Shown here: piece by piece, positions 58,092 to 64,000 of the stretch | Layout: each line of letters starts with the position of its first letter | Numbering within the stretch: the first letter of the stretch is position 1 | Source: Calditrichales bacterium | GTDB taxonomy: Bacteria > Calditrichota > Calditrichia > Calditrichales > J004 | Assembly (NCBI GenBank): GCA_965267575.1 | Contig: OZ254086.1 | Location: 608,001-672,000 of the forward strand | Reading direction: 5' to 3' | DNA length: 64,000 nt | The notes under the pieces: generated by a model | Database searches by the model: none | Told to the model about the DNA's origin: nothing | The model's input: the letters and a program-made list of their open reading frames with translations, nothing else | Position numbers and translations under genes: made by a program

Positions 58092-58135
58092 GCACACTAA
58101 CACATTAACACTCTAACACTATAACACAATAGCAC
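58092..58135. repeat. Octamer array, TAACAC family (right arm, inverted relative to 57605-57640)
   Basis: gcac actaacac attaacac tctaacac tataacac aatagcac. Confidence 0.9.
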
Positions 58136-58139
58136 TTTC

Positions 58140-59066
58140 TCACCTGCTCACCTTCTGCTCCAGTAGGCCCAGGCCTTCGATTTCAAGTGTGATGGTGTCG
58201 CCGGGTTCAAGCCAGCCGTTAGTGTTTTCGGGGCGCAGCTCCAAAATGCAGCCGCTGCCCACGGTGCCGGAACCGAGAAGGTCTCCGGGGTAAAGGTCCG
58301 CGTCCTGTGAGGCACGGGCAATCATTTCACCAAAAGAATAGTGTATTTCCGACCAGTTGCCGTCGGAGATCAGCTGACCGTTTTTACGGGCGGTCATGCG
58401 TAAATCGTAGCCTTTGTTTTTTTCCTTTCCTTTTAATTCATCGGCAGTCACAAGAAATGGCCCCAGACCCGTGGCAAAATCCTTGCCCTTAGCCGGACCC
58501 AAACCCACGCGCATTTCGCGGCGTTGCAGATCGCGTGCGGACCAGTCATTCAAAACGCAGTAGCCCGCAATATAATTGGCAGATTCTCCAGCTTTAATGT
58601 TGCGACCTCGCTTTCCAATGATACAGCCAATCTCAAGCTCAAAATCCAACTCCGCGGTTGCCTGCGGCTTTTTGATAGTCGCCTTGTGGCCATAAAGCGC
58701 ATGGGGATTTGAAAAATAGAAAACCGGTATCTCGTACCATTCGGGCACTACGTCAAGGTCACGCAAAGCCCGGGCCGTTTTTACATGGCGCTCGAAAGCA
58801 TAGAAGTCGCGAAAATTGGCCGGACGCAGGAGCGGTGGCAGGAAATGAATCTCGCTTTCATTGAGAAGCGCGTCTGCCACAGGCTGCGTTTGCAATTCTT
58901 CAAGTTCCTGAAAACCGGCCGGCCAGTCACGCAAAGCGTCGTCCACACTAAAAGGAACGGCCTGCCGGCCGGCAGCCAGTTTCATCGCATCGTATAGCTG
59001 CCCGCCGATCGCCAATCCAAGACGTACTTCCGCGTAATCGGGCAGCGCATAGTTAAATAACTTCAT
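58140..59066 (-). CDS. Fumarylacetoacetate hydrolase family protein
   Basis: FRDFYAFERH, LDFELE, NDWSARDLQ, KGKDF, GSGTVG. Confidence 0.92.
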   Translation of the reverse strand: MKLFNYALPDYAEVRLGLAIGGQLYDAMKLAAGRQAVPFSVDDALRDWPAGFQELEELQTQPVADALLNESEIHFLPPLLRPANFRDFYAFERHVKTARALRDLDVVPEWYEIPVFYFSNPHALYGHKATIKKPQATAELDFELEIGCIIGKRGRNIKAGESANYIAGYCVLNDWSARDLQRREMRVGLGPAKGKDFATGLGPFLVTADELKGKEKNKGYDLRMTARKNGQLISDGNWSEIHYSFGEMIARASQDADLYPGDLLGSGTVGSGCILELRPENTNGWLEPGDTITLEIEGLGLLEQKVSR

Positions 59067-59099
59067 CTGCTGTCCTCATTTATCGGGTAATGGAATTGT

Positions 59100-60191
59100 C
59101 TAGAGGTTCCCGCGGCGTTCCTGCTCGCGCTCGATCGACTCAAACAGGGCCTTGAAATTGCCCTTGCCAAATCCGGACGCGCCTTTGCGCTGGATGATCT
59201 CATAAAACAGAGTCGGGCGATCCTGGATGGGTTTAGTGAATATCTGCAGCAGGTAGCCGAATTGATCCTTGTCCACCAAAATGCCCAGCTTGGCGAGATC
59301 TTCTATGTTCTCGTCGATTTCGGGCACCCGTTCCGGCAGTTCGTCATAGTAGGTCCTGGGAACTTCCAGAAACTCGACGCCATTTTCGGCCAGGCGGCCA
59401 ACGGTGTGAACAATATTGTTGGTGTCAAAAGCGATATGCTGAATACCCGGTCCGCCGTAAAACTCTACAAATTCCTCGATTTGCGATTTGCGAAGACCGG
59501 CGGCAGGACGGTTTATCGGCATCTTCAAACGCTCGTTTTCGTTGGCCACAACAATGGAACGCAGGGCCGAATATTTTGTGGAAATGTCCTTGTCATCGGC
59601 GCTCCAGAAGCGGTGCCAGCCAAACACGTGCTCGTACCACTCTGCCGTTTTCTGCATTTGGTTTTCCGGTTGGTTGCCAACAAAGTGATCCACAAAATTT
59701 AGGCCGACAGGATTAATATTCAGAGGGCTGGTGCGTGGCTCATAGCCGGGCATGAAAGCGCCTTTGTAATTATCACGCTGTACAAAGCTGTGCACCGTAT
59801 CTCCGTACGTTTTGATCGTCGCGATGATCACTTCGCCGTTTTCGTCTTTCAAGCGCTTTGGCTCCTGTACGGACTCAGCACCGCGTTCGGTAACATATTT
59901 CCAGGCGCCTTCCGCGTTATTGGTCCAGAAAGCCACATCGCGTACGCCGTCGCCGTGCTTTACCAGATGCTCGTTCAGCGGGGAATCGTCTTTATAGGGG
60001 GTACTTAAAACAATCCGTACTTTATTTTGCTGAAGCATGTAAGACGCATGATCACGGTTGCCCGTCTCAAGACCGGAATAAGCTTTCAGTTCAAATCCGA
60101 ACTGCTGCATATAGTAAAAAGCGGACTGACGGGCATTGCCCACAATGAGGTGGATATGATCCGTCCCCATAAATTCAAAATCTGCCTTCAT
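59100..60191 (-). CDS. hppD: 4-hydroxyphenylpyruvate dioxygenase
   Basis: HGDGV, DHFVGN, GIQHIAF, LLQIFT, GFGKGNFKALFESIEREQ. Confidence 0.96.
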   Translation of the reverse strand: MKADFEFMGTDHIHLIVGNARQSAFYYMQQFGFELKAYSGLETGNRDHASYMLQQNKVRIVLSTPYKDDSPLNEHLVKHGDGVRDVAFWTNNAEGAWKYVTERGAESVQEPKRLKDENGEVIIATIKTYGDTVHSFVQRDNYKGAFMPGYEPRTSPLNINPVGLNFVDHFVGNQPENQMQKTAEWYEHVFGWHRFWSADDKDISTKYSALRSIVVANENERLKMPINRPAAGLRKSQIEEFVEFYGGPGIQHIAFDTNNIVHTVGRLAENGVEFLEVPRTYYDELPERVPEIDENIEDLAKLGILVDKDQFGYLLQIFTKPIQDRPTLFYEIIQRKGASGFGKGNFKALFESIEREQERRGNL

Positions 60192-60482
60192 AGGTCATTC
60201 TCCTTCATTTTTCTTTCGCGCCTAATATACAAAAATGGCCGTTTCAGTCTAATTGCCCCACAGAACGTCCATTGCGGTAATTGCACGGACAGGTTGGGAA
60301 TGCGCAAAACGACACCGAAAGTTTTTGTACCGGCCGGGCTTATTGGCAGAAAAAAATTTCATCCGCCTTGCAGCTTTGCGTTTTGTGCCTCGTGCATTAC
60401 TCTCATCATCCGAAAAACCCGTTGGTAGGGCGGTTTTTCTTTTGTAAATTTCATGCTTGCTATTTAAACGGGTGTTTTAAAT

Positions 60483-61886
60483 ATGAAACGACTAAAACTG
60501 CTTATTTCAATCCTGCTGCCCCTTTTGCTTTTGGCGATACCAACCACCAGTATCCCTATTGACGGGCTTTCCGTGGTGGAACACCGTGTACTTGCCCTGT
60601 TTTTACTGGCTACGCTTTTCTGGGTGCTGGAACCGATCCCGATTTTCGCGACATCTATTCTGATCATTATGCTGGAATTATTGCTGATATCCGACAACAG
60701 TCTGGCTTTTTTGCAAACGGGCGAAAACCTGGGAACCCTGTTGAGCTACAAAGCAATCATGGGTACGCTGGCCTCACCGATCATTCTGCTATTCCTGGGT
60801 GGCTTTAGCCTGGCCATGGCAGCCACAAAATACAATCTTGATATAAACCTGGCGCGCGTTCTGTTAAGGCCCTTTGGCCGGAAACCGCGTTACCTGCTGC
60901 TGGGCCTGATGGCCATTACCGCGCTCTTTTCCATGTTTATGAGCAACACTGCCACCACGGCGATGATGCTGGCCATTCTGGCACCGGTACTGGGCGTCAT
61001 TCAACGCGATGACCCGGGCAGGATTGCCTTCCTTCTTGGGATTCCATTTGCCGCTAACATCGGCGGTATCGGCACACCGATAGGCACGCCGCCCAACGCC
61101 GTGGCCATGAAATACCTGATCGGCGACAGCACCGTTTCTTTTTCGCAATGGATGGCCTTTGCCCTGCCCTACGCGCTGATCATGCTGGCCATTGTCTGGT
61201 TCTTGCTGCTCACCCTCTTTAAGCCAAAAACAGATAAGCTGGAGCTGGTAATCAAAAACCGTTTTATGTGCAGTCCGAAAGCGATCACCGTATACATTAC
61301 TTTTGCCGCCACCGTTTTAATGTGGATTTTAACCGACCTGCACGGCATAAATTCCTACGTGGTGGCCATGGCGCCGTTAACGGTGTTTCTGGTCAGCGGT
61401 GTCATTAACGCAGAGGATATCAAAAAATTTAACTGGGATGTTTTATGGCTTATTGCCGGCGGTATCGCCCTCGGCATGGCGATGGAACAAAGCGGGCTCT
61501 CGGCCAACCTAATAGCCAGCATCCCCTTTGAAACATTCAGCCCTTATGTGATTGTTTTTACGGCCACGCTGCTGGCTGTGCTGATGGCCACGTTCATGTC
61601 CAACACGGCCACGGCCAACCTGCTGCTTCCGCTTATGGCCGCGCTGGGCGCCAACCTGGGTACGCTGAGCACATTGGGCGGCAGCAAAATGCTGATTATC
61701 GCGGTTACAATTTCATGTTCGATTGCCATGAGCCTGCCGGTAAGCACGCCGCCAAACGCTATGGCCTATGCCAGCGGCGGCATTAAAACAAGCCAGATGA
61801 TGAAGGGCGGTGCAATCATTGGCGTGATTGCCCTTATTTTTGTGTATCTTTTAATGTGGATACTGAGAACGGTTAATTTTCTATGA
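60483..61886 (+). CDS. SLC13/DASS family Na+:anion (dicarboxylate/sulfate) symporter
   Basis: Two MSNTAT and two (G/S)TPPNA motifs; many TM segments. Confidence 0.92.
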   Translation: MKRLKLLISILLPLLLLAIPTTSIPIDGLSVVEHRVLALFLLATLFWVLEPIPIFATSILIIMLELLLISDNSLAFLQTGENLGTLLSYKAIMGTLASPIILLFLGGFSLAMAATKYNLDINLARVLLRPFGRKPRYLLLGLMAITALFSMFMSNTATTAMMLAILAPVLGVIQRDDPGRIAFLLGIPFAANIGGIGTPIGTPPNAVAMKYLIGDSTVSFSQWMAFALPYALIMLAIVWFLLLTLFKPKTDKLELVIKNRFMCSPKAITVYITFAATVLMWILTDLHGINSYVVAMAPLTVFLVSGVINAEDIKKFNWDVLWLIAGGIALGMAMEQSGLSANLIASIPFETFSPYVIVFTATLLAVLMATFMSNTATANLLLPLMAALGANLGTLSTLGGSKMLIIAVTISCSIAMSLPVSTPPNAMAYASGGIKTSQMMKGGAIIGVIALIFVYLLMWILRTVNFL

Positions 61887-63238
61887 TCAATTACACGGAA
61901 GATCCCGATTACCGCTGGCTGATAGAAACCTATTTCTCCAGGCCGGACCGCATTATCGGCCTTAACAAAGGCGACATTTTGCTTGAGGAAGGCCAGCCAA
62001 ATACGCGGCTCTACCTGATACGGGAAGGTCATTTTACCGGCTATGTTACGCTGGCTTCAGGTGAGCAGCAGGAGAAATTCCGCACTTCGGAAAACGTTTT
62101 CCTGGGGCTGCACTCCTTCTTTTCCGGCACTTACAAAAGCCTGACCACCGTGCGCGCTCTTACGGCAGCCGAGGTAGTCTACGTGGAAAAAGACGATCCC
62201 GTCATTCCTTATAAGAACAAGCACACGCTGGCCGAGCAGTTTATGCCGTTCGTGGTCAAAGAGATGGTTAACCGCCAGGAAAACGAACTTTCATTTTTTA
62301 AGGAAAAACAAAAGGCGCTGAAGCAACTGCTGGAGCGTGAAAAGCTGGCCTCGCTCGGGCACATGGCCGCCGGCATCGCCCACGAGCTGAACAACGCCGT
62401 CGCCGTCATCTACAGCAACGCCAACTGGCTGATCGAGAAAATGGCCGCCTACTGGCGCGAGGCCCGTGAAACGGCGCTGTTTGAAGCCGGCCTGCTGAAA
62501 GGACGCGATCTGAACAGCCGCCAAAAACGCGAACTGCAAAAAGTGTGGCAAAACAAGCATAAACTGGACGCTTCCGCAGCGCGGGCGCTGGCCCAAACCG
62601 GCCTGCCCGAGGAGCACATTATGCAGCTGGGCCGCAACCTGCAGCAAGATGCCCATTGGATCGGCAATCTGTGGGAGATAGGCGCCACACTGAATGATAT
62701 GCGTCGCGCAGCCAAGCAGGCTTCGCATGTCGTAAAGTCAGTTAAACTGCTGGGCGCGCCACACAGCGAACGCATGCCGGGCCTCAATATCAACGAGAGC
62801 ATTGAAAACGCCCTTAATCTGCTGCGCCAAAAGCTAACCGGCATCACGCTGGAACTGGATCTGAAAGAGGCTTTGCCGCCATTTAACGGCAATATGGGTG
62901 AGTTTGTGCAGGTCTGGACCAACCTGGTTAAAAATGCTATCGAGGCCATGAAAGCGGCACGCACGGAGAATCCGCACATTAAAATCAGCAGCAAATCCAA
63001 TCGCAGCAGCATTCATATCAGCATCAGTGATAACGGTCCGGGCATACCGCCCGACATCCGCAAGGAGATATTTGAGCCCAATGTTACTACCAAAGTCAGC
63101 GGCATGTCTTTCGGGCTGGGCCTGGGACTTACCATAGTAAAGCGCATCGTGACGGCATATAAAGGCCGCATTAGTGTGAAAAGCAGCAAAGAAGGAACAA
63201 CGTTTACCGTGACTATACCCATGGAGAAAGCGTCATGA
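61883..63238 (+). CDS. Cytoplasmic histidine kinase with N-terminal cNMP-binding-like domain
   Basis: H-box AGIAHELNN, QVWTNLVKNA, DNGPGI, GLGLGL; no TM helices. Confidence 0.9.
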   Translation: MINYTEDPDYRWLIETYFSRPDRIIGLNKGDILLEEGQPNTRLYLIREGHFTGYVTLASGEQQEKFRTSENVFLGLHSFFSGTYKSLTTVRALTAAEVVYVEKDDPVIPYKNKHTLAEQFMPFVVKEMVNRQENELSFFKEKQKALKQLLEREKLASLGHMAAGIAHELNNAVAVIYSNANWLIEKMAAYWREARETALFEAGLLKGRDLNSRQKRELQKVWQNKHKLDASAARALAQTGLPEEHIMQLGRNLQQDAHWIGNLWEIGATLNDMRRAAKQASHVVKSVKLLGAPHSERMPGLNINESIENALNLLRQKLTGITLELDLKEALPPFNGNMGEFVQVWTNLVKNAIEAMKAARTENPHIKISSKSNRSSIHISISDNGPGIPPDIRKEIFEPNVTTKVSGMSFGLGLGLTIVKRIVTAYKGRISVKSSKEGTTFTVTIPMEKAS

Positions 63239-63717
63239 AGAAACTGAATATCATCTGTGTGGATGATCAGCGTGATGTTCTGGCCGCCGTCCAGAAGGAC
63301 CTGGCCATTTTTGATGAGATCGCCGATCTGACAGAGTGTGAATCGGCGCCGGAAGCGGAAGAGATCGTCGAGGAAATGTACGGCGAAGAGAAGCCGCTCG
63401 CCTTACTCATTTGCGATCATATCATGCCCGGGGAAAACGGCATCGATTTCCTGGCGCGGCTCAAAAGCGATCAACGTTTTGAAACGCTGCACACAATTTT
63501 GCTTACGGGACTGGCCACGCACACCGACACAATCGAAGCGATCAACCGTGCGCACATTGACCATTATATCGAAAAACCATGGAAAGCAGAAAACCTGCAA
63601 CAAAAAGTACGTGTGCTTCTAACGCGCTATGTTCTTGAAAACGGCATGGATTACATGGATTACCAGCAGCATCTGGACCAGCCCACGCTACTGCGCGAGA
63701 TGCACAAGAGAGGGTAA
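63235..63717 (+). CDS. Single-domain response regulator with short C-terminal tail
   Basis: ICVDD, ICDHIMPGENG, LLTG, YIEKPW. Confidence 0.9.
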   Translation: MKKLNIICVDDQRDVLAAVQKDLAIFDEIADLTECESAPEAEEIVEEMYGEEKPLALLICDHIMPGENGIDFLARLKSDQRFETLHTILLTGLATHTDTIEAINRAHIDHYIEKPWKAENLQQKVRVLLTRYVLENGMDYMDYQQHLDQPTLLREMHKRG

Positions 63718-63758
63718 AAAAATAAAAGAGCGCAGAATGCCTTATATAATCTTGTACA

Positions 63759-64000
63759 TCATGTTGATCCTGTCAAATGATAAAAATTACGCTGCCAACG
63801 ATGTTTTTTTAGCCTTTCAACAAGGGCTTTAGAGAGTGGGCCCTTAAGAATACTCTTAACATTTTCTTGAACATGTTTCTCTCTTCGCATGCCCGGGATC
63901 ACCGTGGTTACGGCATCAAAGCTGATCACAAAACGCAATGCGGCTTCAGCCAAAGAACCACATTCTTCGCCAATCTCTTCACGGATGCGATTAACCCGTT
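63759..64000 (-). CDS. Aldo/keto reductase, 3' part (starts beyond the window)
   Basis: LAEAALRFV...VTTVIPGMRR..HVQEN...W.RNFY C-terminus typical of AKRs. Confidence 0.75.
   Translation of the reverse strand, partial: RVNRIREEIGEECGSLAEAALRFVISFDAVTTVIPGMRREKHVQENVKSILKGPLSKALVERLKKHRWQRNFYHLTGST

Noticed and set aside
55188-58135. Octamer arrays as CRISPR or DGR components
   Set aside because: No 25-40 nt repeats with unique spacers and no cas genes; no reverse transcriptase or TR/VR pair in the window despite the Avd-like proteins

Overview
Bacterial chromosomal window of moderate GC. Gene order and protein style suggest an FCB-related lineage such as Calditrichota (inference only). Positions 1-5.5 kb hold the start of a chemosensory-type cluster (probable MCP, CheW, wHTH/acidic-linker/REC regulator, ParA), hutU and a GHL10 glycoside hydrolase. 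Positions 5.6-36.4 kb are one compact minus-strand translation/transcription superoperon: tRNAs, tuf, rpmG, secE-nusG, rplKAJL, rpoBC, str, S10, spc and alpha clusters. Next come rpsT, tig-clpP-clpX-lon, an S9 peptidase, a degenerate MoaC-MogA fusion, ybdL/yafV, a three-subunit transhydrogenase, a tyrosine/homogentisate catabolic operon, an SLC13 transporter with a cNMP-domain two-component system, and a partial aldo/keto reductase. The most unusual signal is two AT-rich 'four helix bundle' (23S rRNA IVP/Avd-like) genes inserted inside the tyrosine operon. Each is bracketed by its own family of 8-nt-period degenerate repeat arrays, some in inverted orientation. Orphan arrays of the same families and a twice-repeated REP-like hairpin lie in nearby intergenic regions (49.0-49.2 kb, 53.0-53.2 kb). 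This is a candidate undescribed repeat/protein module.
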